Assembly (NCBI GenBank): GCA_964016885.1
Contig: OZ024745.1
Location: 49,786,001-49,850,000, forward strand
From: Eledone cirrhosa
Lineage: Eukaryota
Direction: 5' to 3'
Length of the DNA stretch: 64,000 bases
The notes under the pieces are model-generated. The model was given only the letters and a program-made list of their open reading frames with translations. It did not search any database and was not told the origin of the DNA. A program made the position numbers and the translations under genes. Below are positions 27,981 to 41,047 of the stretch, piece after piece (the stretch's first letter is position 1; each line of letters begins with the position of its first letter).

Positions 27981-28033
<53 letters not shown>

Positions 28034-28089
28034 GTAAACCTTTATATATATATATATAAATATATATATATATATTTATATATATATAT

Positions 28090-28134
<45 letters not shown>

Positions 28135-28152
28135 CACGCACACACACATATA

Positions 28153-28196
<44 letters not shown>

Positions 28197-28202
28197 TAAT
28201 AG

Positions 28203-28426
28203 AAACTTCCAGCACTGGAGAAATGTATGGAACAGGGAATGTTTCCGGCGATGTAGAGCAGAATTAGGCCCACATATCAGCATTGCTTGTGAAAATGACA
28301 TCTACAAGATCGGAAACAAACGACCTCCACGTCTCCAACGCATCAAACGCCGGAGTCGCAATATTACAGTAGATACTAATGACATCAGGAAACCCTTCAA
28401 CCGACATCATTTAAGACTCAACACAC
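28203..28426 (+). CDS. Internal coding exon of a dILP7/relaxin-type insulin-like peptide (B chain and start of C peptide)
   Basis: After TAG|, reads (x)[75 protein letters not shown]-x-x-x-W..RC-x11-C..DIY is the ILP7 B-chain pattern. Canonical GTAAGT donor at 28427, phase 1. An alternative acceptor at 28212 is possible. Confidence 0.9.
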
Positions 28427-28656
28427 GTAAGTCATATTTGAACATTCTTTCTTTTTTGATAAAGTACTAACATCCGAAACGTCGATGACATTCCTTTATT
28501 TTCCTTTCATTTAAGCGCTTGACTAATAACTTTCATCGTAATTTATCCTCATGTCTCTTTTTGTTGTTTTTGGCTGTTGTTGATCTTGCACTATACATAC
28601 ATACGCACTCACACGCGCACACACACGCACGCACGCACACAGACATGCATACATAA

Positions 28657-28850
28657 TTGTTTCTACTTTTGGCACAAGGCCAGCAATTACCCAGTGTACT
28701 ACTGGTACTTTATTTTATCGACCCCGTAAGGATGAAAGGCAAAGTTAACCTTGGCGGGAATTGAACTCAGAATGGCAAGAGCCTTAACTATATGCGTCAA
28801 AGCATGGCGTCCGACCTTCTACCGATACTGCCAATCCACTGCCCTTAACA
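28657..28850 (-). mobile_element. SINE with Nin-like core (GCCTTTCATCCTTACGGGGTCGATAAA)
   Basis: Dispersed copies at about 29140-29240, 36915-37070, 38520-38840, 40200-40345, 46812-46955, 47135-47250, 47605-47675, 58752-58871 and 59271-59390. Confidence 0.8.
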
Positions 28851-29570
28851 GACATGCATACATAATGGCTACATCTCAGGTTCGAGAAGATCCACCCCTT
28901 GTCCCTTTCTCATATATGGGTGGCTCGAAAATAACTTTTTAGCCCCCTCAACGGCTTAGATACCTTTGCTGCAGCGAAAAAAGAAAAAGAAAAAAAAGCC
29001 ATGCTTATGCAACACGAGTGAAGGTTGTTTAGATTAAGTGGTGCCCATGCTTGAAGCTTTTTAAGAGAAGAAAGGCCTTACACTGAGTCAATCTCTTGGA
29101 AGAGTCGTTAGAACATAAGATAGAATGTTTATAGCATTCATATTGGCTCTCTGTTCGTTAAGTTCAAATCCTGCCGATGTCAGCTTTGCATTCCATCCTT
29201 TTGAGCTCGATAACTAAAATACCAGTTCAGTAATGAGGTCGATTCTTTTTTAATATCTCCTTTTCCCATTTTCTCTCTCACTCTCTTCATTTTTCGGGAA
29301 TAAATAGGATGTGTTCAGACCTGGAGAGGTATGGCCTCCGTCTGGTTAAAATGACCAACATGGTGCCTCTACGGGAGTTACTGACACAATCACCATCGTC
29401 ACTGAAACACGGGAGAGAGCCCACTAGTCAAGTCGAATCAGAATACCCACATTTCTGCTAATCCGTCATGCATTTTATATTTCCCAGTGGGTTACCGAAA
29501 TTCCCTTATTACAATAAATATTAAGAAAAGCATTGATAAAAAAATGTATTTGCTTCTCTCCTCCTTATAG

Positions 29571-29791
29571 GTCATCGACGCTCGCTCAGGTTTCCATTTT
29601 TACTGCAAGAATCTGAAGCTTTTAGTTATCTCAAACGGAGTCACACAATGATAAAACGGAGTGAAGGACGTGGAATTATGGAAGAATGCTGTTATACGAA
29701 AGGTTGTACATGGGAAGAGTACGCAGAATTTTGTCATTCTCATTCTCGATATCGAAGCTCAGGTGAGAATGGTAACTGTCCGGCTATTTAA
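29571..29791 (+). CDS. Terminal coding exon of the dILP7/relaxin-type peptide (end of C peptide and A chain)
   Basis: Strong acceptor TTGCTTCTCTCCTCCTTATAG|, phase 1 (C+GT = Arg). Reads HRRSLRFPFLLQESEAFSYLKRSHTMIKRSEGRGIMEECCYTKGCTWEEYAEFCHSHSRYRSSGENGNCPAI*. AATAAA at about 29920. Confidence 0.93.
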
Positions 29792-30289
29792 TTTATTTAT
29801 TGGTGACAGTAGCCTGTACGACGATATATCATTTTCAGAATTTCAAAATTTTACCTTTTTTTTCTTTTTCATTTTTTTTTTTTATTTCTCGATTAATCAT
29901 TATTTTTGCTATGAATTTAAATAAATAAATAAATGGAGTACGCAACAAATGTTTGAATATTGAATTGATTTCTACTTTCAGAGGAGAAGGAAAGGGTCTC
30001 CAAGGACGTAACAGATGTAAGCAAATTAAACACACATAAATATATATATTAATACATTAATACCCCTTTCAAAACTTCTTACTTAAACATCTCTCTACGT
30101 AGTAGATAGTATAGGTGAATATATTATTTACTCACTCCAATCTATATTTTTTTACTCACCTCAATCTAAATTCTCACTTGAAAATTTTTTAATTTTTAAT
30201 TCCTAATTTCTAATTTTTAATATTTGATTTTCAATTTTTAATTTTTAGTTCTAATTTCCAACTCTCTGTGGTTAGAAAAAGCTATCTCA

Positions 30290-33200
30290 CTTACCGCTGT
30301 TCATAGGCGCCGCTAAATCCCATGGCTGGTTTCTCCTCTTCCACGTGCGTCCAACTCATTAACACCCGGGAGCTTCCAAACTCGCGTCTACACCGTTTCT
30401 GGTCATCACTAGAGAGAGACCGATCTGCTGGCCCTTCCGGTCGAGCACCCTTCCGGCCAAGCACCCTTCCGGTCAAGCACGCTTCCGGTCGAGCACTCCC
30501 CAGCTTCCGGCCACCGCACACCACACCATACCCACACTCCCCTCTGATCTCAAGGATCAATTTCCCCCTCGTCCTTCTGCATATGAAAGTCTGCTGTCCA
30601 GGTTGGTGGTTTGCGACTTCTTTGCGATCTCCGCAGTGTTAGGGTGGCACTTTGAGTTTCCTCTTCCTCGGAGTCCGTTGACACAGTGATTCTACGGACA
30701 TCCATGACATGACGTGGTACTCCGTCCACGGACACATTGTTCTGGGAATTTACGGCCGTCACCGTTCCCCTTCCCCATTGAGATGTGCAACGTGCATCTG
30801 GGGGCTTAACCCAGACTTCTTCGCCCACCTGCACGAATGCACTCTCTCTCCCCACTGGCCGTTGTGGTGGCGTGCACGAGTGCCGCCACTCGTATCTGAA
30901 TACTGCTCTGTGTGGCACCGATTCCTCAACCTGTCCCACCCGAGGGGACATGTTGTACCAGAACACTGCCTCCATTAGTGAGATATGGCCCCGCTCCGCC
31001 AATGCCTTGATCATCCGGTGGTGTCGCTCCACAATTCCATTCCCGCTCGGCCTGTGCGCTGCTCTGAAGAAACGGTCCACCTTCCATCCATCGAGCATCT
31101 CCCTCAGCGCCTCCGAGCGGAACGCTGCGCTGTTGTCCATCAGCAGTTCGTCCACAGGTCCCCGCTCCAAGAACACCTCTCTCAACGTCCGCATGATTTC
31201 CTCGGCGGTTCCAGTCTTCATCTCCCTCCATATCACCATCCGTCCTAGTCCACAGTCGACCATCGAGAGGTACGTTCCCTGCCGGTAGTGCGTCACATCC
31301 ACCGCCAATCGCTTCCAGTCGCGATCCACCGGGAGGCTTCCCGTTTCGTGCACACCCGGGGCGGGATCAATGGACTGACATCGGACGCAGCCTCTAACAA
31401 CCCTTTGAACACTGTGTCTGTTAACGTCCGAGTCGATTCTCCTGGCTAGGAACAGGGTCCTATCCACTCCCATGTGGTGCATGTCATGCAACTCTTTCAG
31501 ATCCGACTCGGTCAGCCGACACACGGCAGCTATTTCATCTTCTACCTCCTGCGGCGCTTCCATCCAGGCTTTCTTCACCCTGGTTAAGACGTCCGCCCTA
31601 TTTTTCTCTGAGGGCACGAAAACTACGCTCAGCTTCAGGTCGAACTCGGTAGCCAGCTCTCCTAAAGTTCCCAGGCGGCGCTTTATCAGCATCTCTGCCG
31701 CCCCTCTCGTTCGCACTCTCTTCTCACTGGTGAGCACTGATCTCACCCATCCGAGTACAGTAGCCGAGTCGGTGCGTATCTCGATGGTGCGCAGTCCCCA
31801 CCCCAGGGCGAAGTTCACTCCTCTCAACACTGCGTCCAGTTCGGCCACATTGATGTGGTTGCAGTCGTCCTTCTTCCCAAGCCAGGCTGCATCCTCGACC
31901 TCAACACCTCCTATCTCCAACGTGACACCCAGCGCTATGCTGCTGGCATCGCACCATACGGTCCCGCTCTGCGATTTGGGAACATACCAGCGTCCCCGCA
32001 CTGGGTCGTCGGCCTTCACCCTCCCCACGATCTCCTGCATCATGGCCACCGTCCTCTCTCCCACTCTGTCACTCCAAGTCACCCCTCCCGCTCGTCTCTT
32101 GACATAACTGCATGCCGTCCGGAGCCACCCAGCAATCGGGTAGTGACCCACACACCGAGAAAAGCTCCCGCCTACTCATACTTGGGCCCAGTTCTGGAAC
32201 TTCATTTCCCCTCTGGAATAACAAGACGCCCGTCCTGTCTCGCCGTAGCCTAAGTCCCAACGCGGCTCCTCCCTCCAACGCTTCTGACGGCTTCGCAGCC
32301 AGTCCATACCCTGTAAATGGCTCGTCACCTCCGCCGCCGACACTACAGACTCGTCCACTAGGATGTCGTCATTGTAGGAGTTAGTAGCCCTCTCTTCATC
32401 TTGTCGGCCTTTCCCAGAATGGTCTTGAGGACCGCCGCCATGATCTTCGGTGCGGAGCTCAGCCCGAAACCGAGCCTGGTCAGGCAATATGTCCGGCCCT
32501 TATACCTGACCAGCTGATACTGTCAGAGCTTCTCATCTATATGCAATTGCAAGTATGCCGACTTTAGATCTACGATTGATGAACCCCCCCCCCCCGCGTC
32601 ATGCGTCTCCACTCACGCAGGGTTTCCCCACAGACATCTGTGACCTCGCCACCCGTGTGGCATGACACGTGCTCGTTCAGCTCCCGAAAGTCCAGCACCG
32701 GCCTCACCTTGTTCTTCGTGGGTTGCGCCACCGCCATTAACGGCAATATTCCGCACTTCACCTCCTCTTTCCAGGGAAGCAGTAGGCCCTCCTCAATCCA
32801 TCTCTCTACCTCTCGCTCGAACTTGCTCCTAATGTCTCCCTTCAATGTGTGTTGATAGCAGCCCACTTTGGTCTTCAGTGTTGGTAGTTCTCCCTTCCAG
32901 TACCACTCAACAACCCATCGAACACGGCCTTGAAGTCTTTGTCCTGCACAGTGTAAGCGGGGTATTTCTCCTCGTGGGCCTTCTGGTTCTCCTGTCGCGT
33001 ACTCACAGCGCATACCGATGCAGCGCCGCCAAACGACACACCGACGTTGTTCACTGTGACGCCTCCTAGACGGCCAATTGCGTGCATGCCCATAACCACG
33101 CCGATCCCATCCACCACGTTGTCAACTACGATGGCAGAAAGCCTTATTTTCTTCCCCGTACCGCCATCTCCACCTCGCTGCGACCTCGGCATTCAATTTT

Positions 33201-33776
33201 CCTGCCGTCGACTGCCCTTACGCTGCTCTTCCCTCTCCACCTCTGCGCTACCCCCGCGGTCACCAGTGTCGTCGTACAGCCAGTGTCCACGAGAGCTCGC
33301 TGTGGCTTTCCCCTCACGAAGACAGCGCCTCTACTCGTAAAGGGCAACTACCGGCGCAGTAGTTCCCCTTGGATCGTTTCCCTGGTCGCAGTTATTAGCG
33401 ATGTGGCCTGGTCGCTTACACCGGTAGCATATTATTTCCGGCCTTGACTCTCTACAGTCTCTCGCCTTGTGCGGGCCCTGGCACCTAAAACAGCGACCTC
33501 TAAACGTTCGCGGGCGATCGTGTGCCCTGGTTGCCTCCCTTTCACCATTTCGCTGCCAGCTGTCTTGAGCCTCTGTAGTTGCTATCGCCGCGACACTCTT
33601 CTTGGCATCTTCAGCTATGATACGGGCTTGTTCCACCAGTGAACACATCTCCATTTCTTTGTAACCCGGGATTTGCTGCAGTTTCACTGCAATGTCATCT
33701 GGAAATCCATTTATGAACGCCAACCGCACCGTGCGTTCGCATTCCACCTGATATCCAGCCAACATGGCCAATCGCC

Positions 33777-33778
<2 letters not shown>
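30290..33778 (-). mobile_element. LTR retrotransposon with gag-PR-RT-RH-IN order, 5'-truncated and frameshifted
   Basis: Two CCHC knuckles, ALVDTG protease, RT (DLKSAY, LGFGLSSAP, SYNDD), RNase H (WCDAS, HINVAEL, TDS), integrase HHCC plus DDE. PPT AGAGGGGAG followed by TG at 30536. Distal LTR boundary uncertain. Confidence 0.9.
30433..30512. repeat. 16-bp tandem repeat (CACCCTTCCGGTCGAG, about 5 copies) inside the putative 3' LTR
   Basis: Direct inspection. Confidence 0.85.
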
Positions 33779-33816
<38 letters not shown>

Positions 33817-34769
33817 AGTGTCCACTGAAACAGTGCTAGTCCCGTAGCATTTTTTTCCATGTGAATCAAATATGTAACTTCTCTACTAAAGAATTGAGTA
33901 CATTGGATAACTCAAAAAGTGGGGCAACTCTAAACTCTTTTGAAATTCTCAAGCGAAATTCTCAAGCGCTATTATTTTAATATCAACAAAATATTCTTAA
34001 TTTAATTGTAATTGAATTTATTCTAAATACATTAGAATTAATTATGCCACACTTAAAACAGAACAAGTTTTGATTTGATATAGCAAATATTTGTTACCGA
34101 TTCTTTTTTCTCTTTTGATATAATCAGCTTCCTTTTGATTGTTTGTTGAGGGTAACAGTTTCAAATAACATTTTGTTTTTCCTAGAAATCCGTTTGATCT
34201 CGGGAGGTTATAATAGACGGTGTTTCTTTTGGAAAGAAAGAGCTGCAAGTAACTTGAAATAATGGTTTCAAATTTAGGCATAATGATATCAATGTAGAGG
34301 GCGGATAAATTCAGTTGTATTGAACATAACTGGTGCTTTATTTTATCAACGAAACGTTTTTAGTTTCTGTATATATGCTGTTTCATGTGAAACGTCTAAA
34401 AACAAACCCAAACCAGAAGCGATTATATACAATTAGAATCGTTCTTACTGAATATATTTAACTGAAGATATAGAATTCAATAATTGAAGAAATGTTGATG
34501 GTTGTTAAATTTCAGTATTCCTGTATCAGCCTATATAATGGCTGCGCTTTAATGGCAGCGTGTACACAGAAAAAGAAACCAAAGTACCTTTCGTTGTTTT
34601 TTTTGTTTCAGGTTTTGATTTTCTGTATTGGAATTTTACATTCACTTTACTAGTACTCGCAAATAGTACATAACCTCTACTTCTACTTCTTCATTATACC
34701 TATTTAAAATTTAAAGCCAAGGTGAACTGAACTATCGATAGATACACCGAATCCTCCAAATGAGAATGC

Positions 34770-35165
34770 GAATTACGAGGTCAAGATGTCTGAAAGAGTA
34801 GCTCTTGAAAGATCGTCATCCAACTCAGCCATTAATGAATGATGATGATGATGATGAAATCTTCAAGTCAGCACCACAAATGCAAAGAATCTTGGTCATG
34901 ATGTGTTTGAACACTCGATTTCCTCCTCAACTGTTTATTGAGCAAGAATTAGTCACCGTGAGAAGCTGGCTCAGGAAATCGAGTTATCCGCTTTCCCACC
35001 TGAAGACAGATCATAGCTAGTCCACCATTGGGATGGAAAATTATTACTATCAGCTTTCCGATCCAACATACTTGAAGATCGGATTGCAGTTTTAGTTACA
35101 GGAAAAGGAAAGAGAGAGCTCTTAGTTGTTCCGATTGCAAGAGATGGAACAAATCGCATAACAAA
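34770..35165 (+). pseudogene. hATm-like transposase remnant (absent from the ORF track)
   Basis: Frame reads NLGHDVFEHSISSSTVY*ARISHREKLAQEI..LVHHWDGKLL..EDRIAVLVTGKGKRELLVVPIARDGT. HWDGK at 35026-35040. Family assigned from recall of this motif. Confidence 0.7.
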
Positions 35166-35549
35166 CATGAGATGATTGGCAAATAGTTTGCAAAATGGAA
35201 CACCCTTAATAAAAAACAAAAACAAATCAACAAAAGAGAGGAAAAGGAGGGAAAGGGCAAGAATTGTTGAGCAACGAAAGAAAAAAAGGGGGGGGGGTGA
35301 CACACTCTACCCCTAAGTCGAAGTGCTGTTTCCGTATATATATTATGCAATAAATGTAGTATAGGTTAAAAACGTAAGAAAACGCCGAAAATTAAATAGA
35401 ATACATATAAACAAAGTAAGGCATCTACACATAAAGGAATGAGAAATTGTCACGTATGGAGAACCATGACACCCATAACTTCAATCCTTTTCTACTTCAG
35501 ACAATCTTTGCTATCTTCTTCCTATTGCAACTTACAAGCAGGATTCACA

Positions 35550-36912
35550 CGCATCTTGAGCAGGTCCGTATGACCGTACTTCCATGCCTGTAGAGTTTAT
35601 TTCAAACCGACAGTATCCCTAGGTAGCACTTCCAAGCCAGGGATTTCTGGAAGTTTTCCATACTCCCCGACTCGAAAGTTCTCCGGAACAGACTTGTCAG
35701 TTCGATTTCATCGATGTCCAGAGACTCCTCGAAAACGTCGTCTCACTTGCACACCACTACTCTTCAGTAGAACGCTAGAGGACAATTTCCACTGACTGCA
35801 TTGCCGGACTGGTGAAGGACAGTGAGCGCCTGACAACATTCCAAATGTCAGGTGCCCGTTCTCGGTCTTCGCTTGACCCACGACTGCAACTCAGTTAATG
35901 AGACAAGCTACGGAAAGACATCTCACAAACGGCGACTACACATGTTCACCGTTTAGCAATAACTCGAGATGCTGAGTCTCAGCGCATGTTTGCGCATCAT
36001 CACAATGCCCAACCCTCGCATAGGGGGTGCTGGCAGCAGATGGACAGCCTCAGCTATGTAACCCATCTCTTCCACAAGAAGTTGAAGTGTTGACGTTTCA
36101 GTTTGGCGAGGCATGAACGGGGGCAAAGAACGATAGTCTGGTGGTAATAGACGACGGACGAGATAGTTTTCTCTTGGTCCATTTCTGAGTGAGTGTGGCC
36201 ACACTGCGCGTTACCTCGTCTCAGTTCTTATCCACTTGGTGGTCTGGTCCAAACCAGACCCCGAGCGACTTCACCGGTCCGTCCAGCATCCTACGCCGCT
36301 GTTAAACAGCATGGGTTTGTCTTTCCAGGCGTGGAGCTGCAAACCCACCGACTTTTACGGATTAATCTTTGTTTCCGTCAACCTTTCATATTCATTTAAG
36401 AAGTTGCCGACCACCTCGATTTCCGAGGTATTCGACACCGTCACGATGACGTCGTCTGCGTATGCTGACGAAGCCATTCCACATTCCGGCTCGAGCGTAA
36501 TGCCCTGCAACAGCTCCAACTTCCGCAGTTATGTTTCGAGATTCATAACGTACAGAAATGAGGAGAGAGGGCATCCTTGACGGACCGAGTGTGTGATGTT
36601 GAACGGTCCCGATAGATGACCGCTGTGCATTGCAGCGATCCAGCTTCTGAAGACGGGACGGAAGCCGGATGCTTTGAGGAAAGCGTTTACGTATCGATGG
36701 TCGACTTTATCAAAAGTTTTACATTGATCCAAATTGATCAGAGTCCCACCAAAGCCAGATTTGCTCCCTACTCTCCTTATGATGTATCGCATAAAGTGGA
36801 GGTTGTCGTGTATGGATCTAGTCGGGATTGCCGACGATAAATGTCAGCCTTGTTGCTAGCATCTTAATCGAAATCTTAAATTCTGTATTTAGTTTAGCAG
36901 AGTTATTGGCCT
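35550..36912 (-). pseudogene. Degraded Tx1-like LINE related to 14684-16243, including RT motifs
   Basis: LINLDQCKTFDKVDH, SVRQGCPLS, SAYADD; MRKHALRL is shared with ORF 14726. Confidence 0.8.
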
Positions 36913-39846
36913 GACGGCCTTTTACGTTCTGATTTCAAATCCCGCCCAGGTTAGCTTTGCCTTTCATCCTTACGGGCGTCGATAAAATAAAGCAACAGTA
37001 ATGCACTGGGGTATATTTAATCGATTTTCCTCTCCCCAAAAATTGTTAGCCTTGTGCCCATTATTGAAACCATTATTATTATTATTATTATTATTATTTC
37101 TTTATCAGCCATAAGTGTTAGTACATATAATACAATAAACATTATACACAACGGGGTTATATTACATGTGGGGCCGGACAAACAAAATTATATAAAACGA
37201 GTGTAGCGTGAAGGACGTTATGGAAGACACGGATATAACAGGAAATAAGTATAAAATTATTATAAAACACAATAATTAATACATAACATAATATAAAATA
37301 GGAAAAAAATAATTGTTTCTGCTTTTGGCACATAACGTGAAAACGGATAAGAAGTTGTGTAGATATGAACCAAACACGGTATGTCATTGCTCAACGACCT
37401 GGCATTAATCATGGGTCATGTCTATTTAGACTGGCAAGGAAATCAAGGACTGTATAGGTCAACTTTGACTTTCATCCTTTTGGGATCGATATATGAAGTA
37501 GTAGTCAATCGCCTGGGTCGATCTTTACACCCCTCTCATTCTCTGAATCCGAGCATACACATTGTGGCCCCAATGATCCTTTCATCGCCAAGTTCACATT
37601 TAGTCTTAAAGACAGCCCACATTCTACGCAAGAAACGTCCAGTTCAATAGAACAAGTGAAGCGGTTCATTCTCTGCTCACAACATACTTTTATTCTATTA
37701 TTAGCTTCAGCCGGACTAATTTTTACGATTGATTTCAAGTTTGTTCCACCTAACGTGGTATTTTTTCCTCCACGAGGAACCCGTATAAATTTAGCTCTAT
37801 ACATTCAACATCCAATGAAATAGTGCAACCATATCCTATATAATAACCACCGAATAAATAACACACTTCCCACAGCAAATACTCAACAGATGTCGTTGAT
37901 TTCGACGATAAGTGTTCCTGTTGATACTATCAATGGAACTGCCTGCTCATGGAATTAACGTGCCGGTGCCCAAGCAATCCAAAGACACGAACACCCTTAA
38001 CGTAATTATCAAGGAGACTCAGCGTGACACAGTGTGTGACACGATGGTCCTTTGAATTGCATGCAGAACTATTTTATTCCGTCTGAATTGGATTAGAGCA
38101 GCATGAAATAAAGTGTCTTGCTCAAGCACAAAACACAAAACTGGGAATCGAAATCACGACCTCACGATCGGAAGCTAAACAGCCTAACCACTAAGCCACA
38201 TGTGTTCACTCATATACAATAAGCGCTCAATAAATAACACATTTCACATAGCACTCAGTAGACTCACTAACAATACAATACAATCCATACAAACATTCTA
38301 TGCAATCACAATCCAATGAAATAGTACAACACATACTTCTACATAATCGATACTTGATTCTATATAATTAATATAGCACAGCACGCATCCTACTCAATCA
38401 CCACCAGAAACTAAACTAAAACCATAATACTCTTTATATAGAAAATAGAAAACACAATCATCACCCAACATAATAACACAATCCACACTACACATACTCT
38501 TGGGTAAAGGAACAGTCGATTATTGGCGCCAGTTCTTCCTTTTATCGACCACAGAAAGATGGAGATACAGTGGACTTCTGCAGAATTTGAACTCAGAACG
38601 TAAAGAGCCGGAATAAATATAGGAAGGCATTTTGTCCAAGATTATAAAATAATAATGCTTTGTTTTTTTCACATTTAGGCACAAAACTAACAATTTAGTG
38701 GTGGCGAAAATCATTTATACCGACTAGTAATTTATTTTATCGACTCCAGAAGAATGAAAGGCAAAGTTAACCTCGGCGAAATTTGAACTCGGAACGTAAA
38801 GAGCCGGAACAAATATAGCAAGGCATTTTATTCGAGGTTCTAAAATGATATAATATTAATCCTGATTTCTTCTACAATCGATTTTTTTTGGCACCAATAT
38901 TGCCTTAGTATCCATGTTAAGAGAAGTAGAGGGATTGCAAAGACTAATGTGTATTTGAAACCATAATCATAATGGATGAAATTGTATCACACCCTCCCGC
39001 TCTTGTACACCTACGAATACCTTCTAAGATTCACACAACAACATTAAAAGCATTAAAATATCCAGAATATACCTCCCGCTTAGAAGGAGGAAACTGGTAT
39101 TTTACAGTTCTCCATGTTGAATTAATTCTTCCTATTTAAAAGCTGCAGTAGTTGATGCCACGCATTATGTATGTATGAATCAGCTTACATACATGACTAT
39201 CAAACTAAGAGGCAGCCAATTGTATTCTTCAATCTATATATTTTAGCCATGTCACAGCTGAATACATATCTACATTGCTATATTGGATGTCTAACAGAGC
39301 AAATATATTGTCGAAACATTTTAGTATTTACAGTTTTGATGGCATCAACTAAATGAAGCTTTTATTGTTTATTAAAGTAAGGAAGTGCAATTGGAATTAT
39401 AACCTGTTTCAAAATCAATATATTTGATTGTCGGAGATAGAAAGAAACAGCTGTAAAGCGGTGAACACCTTCTAAATTTGATAACATTGTCTGAATGAAG
39501 AGAACACTAGGGTAAATCTATCTAGCCTGGGAATTCAGTAAGCAAAATGCATCAGAGCACGGCAAAGTATACATCTATTGATATTGTCGAGATTTTTAAT
39601 GCTAACTGTTCCACTAGCTTTAAGTGATATAAAAATATTCACACATTACAGACGTATAGAAGTGCTACAGTTTTGTTAACCGTTTTTGTACAAATTGCAT
39701 TTGTTTGATTAGGCCCGTTGATTGCCTAAAGCGGAAGTGATGCTATTATCTAGGAAATAACAGTACATTCGACGGAAGCAAGAAAATTAAATTCTTTATT
39801 GTTGTAGTGTTATGAGCCCCCACCACCCATCTCTCTCTCTCTCTCC

Positions 39847-39894
<48 letters not shown>

Positions 39895-40451
39895 AATTAT
39901 CTCTATCTCTCACTATCGAAGAAATCGGTGGTGTTACGACTTGTAGAGGGATGGGCACCGCCAGGTTTAAAACGCTCTTACGACTCCATTAGAATTAAGG
40001 TCCCCTTTACTTCACTTACCGTGTGAGTAAAGAGAGGGGGGAAGAAGAAGACGAAGACATACTAAGTTACCGTGCAATATAGAATATCGAGGTTTTGTCC
40101 TTTCTATAAAGCACTATATATTGGCGATGAATGAAGCACAGAATAATCGAAGTCAGTTTATACATCGAACTATCCAGTAATTATATACATAGTCGGGCGC
40201 CATGCTTTGCAGCAAAGAGTTACGGCCCTTTATGGTCTGAGTTCAAATCCCGCCGAGGTTAACTTTGCCTTTCATCCTTACGGGGTCGATAAAATAAAGT
40301 ATCAGTAACACACTGGGATAATTGCTGGCCTTGTGCCAAAAGTAAAATCAATTATATACATAGTAAACATTAACCCTTTTGATACCAAACCTTCTGAAAC
40401 TGCCCCTGGTTCTATGATACTAAGCTGTTTGTTTTTAAGTGTTTATATTTA

Positions 40452-40646
40452 CAGACCTGTCAACTCTCCCCGTCCGACGGGGAGATCTTCAACTCGCTTT
40501 GGGGTGGGTGAGAGATGTCTTCGCTTGTGAAAATGGGTATAGCTATCATTATATAAAATCTCCCAATTTTGCCTAATTTCTCCTGGTTTTGGGGCTCTTT
40601 TTTTCATGGAACTTCCCGTTTGGGCTTTTAGAGGTTGGCAGATCTG
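40452..40646 (+). mobile_element. MITE (about 195 bp), TIR CAGACCTGTCAAC, 6-bp TSD TATTTA
   Basis: TIRs and TSD (40446-40451 / 40647-40652) read directly. Nested in a TTAA-CCC piggyBac-like MITE starting near 40370. Confidence 0.85.
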
Positions 40647-40869
40647 TATTTATCTTCTCTCGTAATTTTATGTAAGAACCCTTTGTTAAGTTATGTTCCC
40701 AAAACCATATAAATAGTGAGAAAATTATATTTGAAAATCGGTTCAAACGATGAATGTTCCAATCTATTCATCATCATCATCATCATCATCGATTAATGCC
40801 AAATGGAAATTCTTGCTTATGAAATTAACATTGAAGTAGCTGAATTTTCTCATAGACACGTGCACATTG

Positions 40870-41047
40870 CAGATCTGTTAACCTCTAAAAACCCAAACGG
40901 GGAGTACCAGGCAAAAAAAATTGCCCCCCAACGGGGAGAAATGAGGGGAAATGGGGAGATTTTACATAATGAAAGAGAAGACGTCTCTCAACCACTTTGG
41001 GGTGGGTGAGAGATCTCCCTGTATGACGGGGAGAGTTGACAGGTCTA
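40870..41047 (-). mobile_element. Second copy of the MITE, opposite orientation, 6-bp TSD ACATTG
   Basis: TSD at 40864-40869 / 41048-41053; partial third copy at 46616-46785. Confidence 0.85.

Noticed and set aside
28200-28430. First read as a Penelope endonuclease remnant
   Set aside because: The correct frame gives an ILP7-type B chain with a canonical donor in phase with the A-chain exon.
28450-28490. Hammerhead-like remnants here and at about 22930-22975 and 49100-49145
   Set aside because: Cores or stems are too degenerate to call.
30433-30512. CRISPR-like repeats (also 13397-13500 and 62505-62710)
   Set aside because: Contiguous tandem units without unique spacers, no cas genes, eukaryotic context.
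37505-37804. Cys-rich minus-strand ORF (VCCEQ..C..C) as a second insulin-family exon
   Set aside because: Cys spacing does not fit and no B chain or clear splice context was found.
40010-40125. Minus-strand TATA plus GTAAGT donor as the first exon of a gene
   Set aside because: No downstream coding exon identified; such motifs occur by chance in AT-rich DNA.
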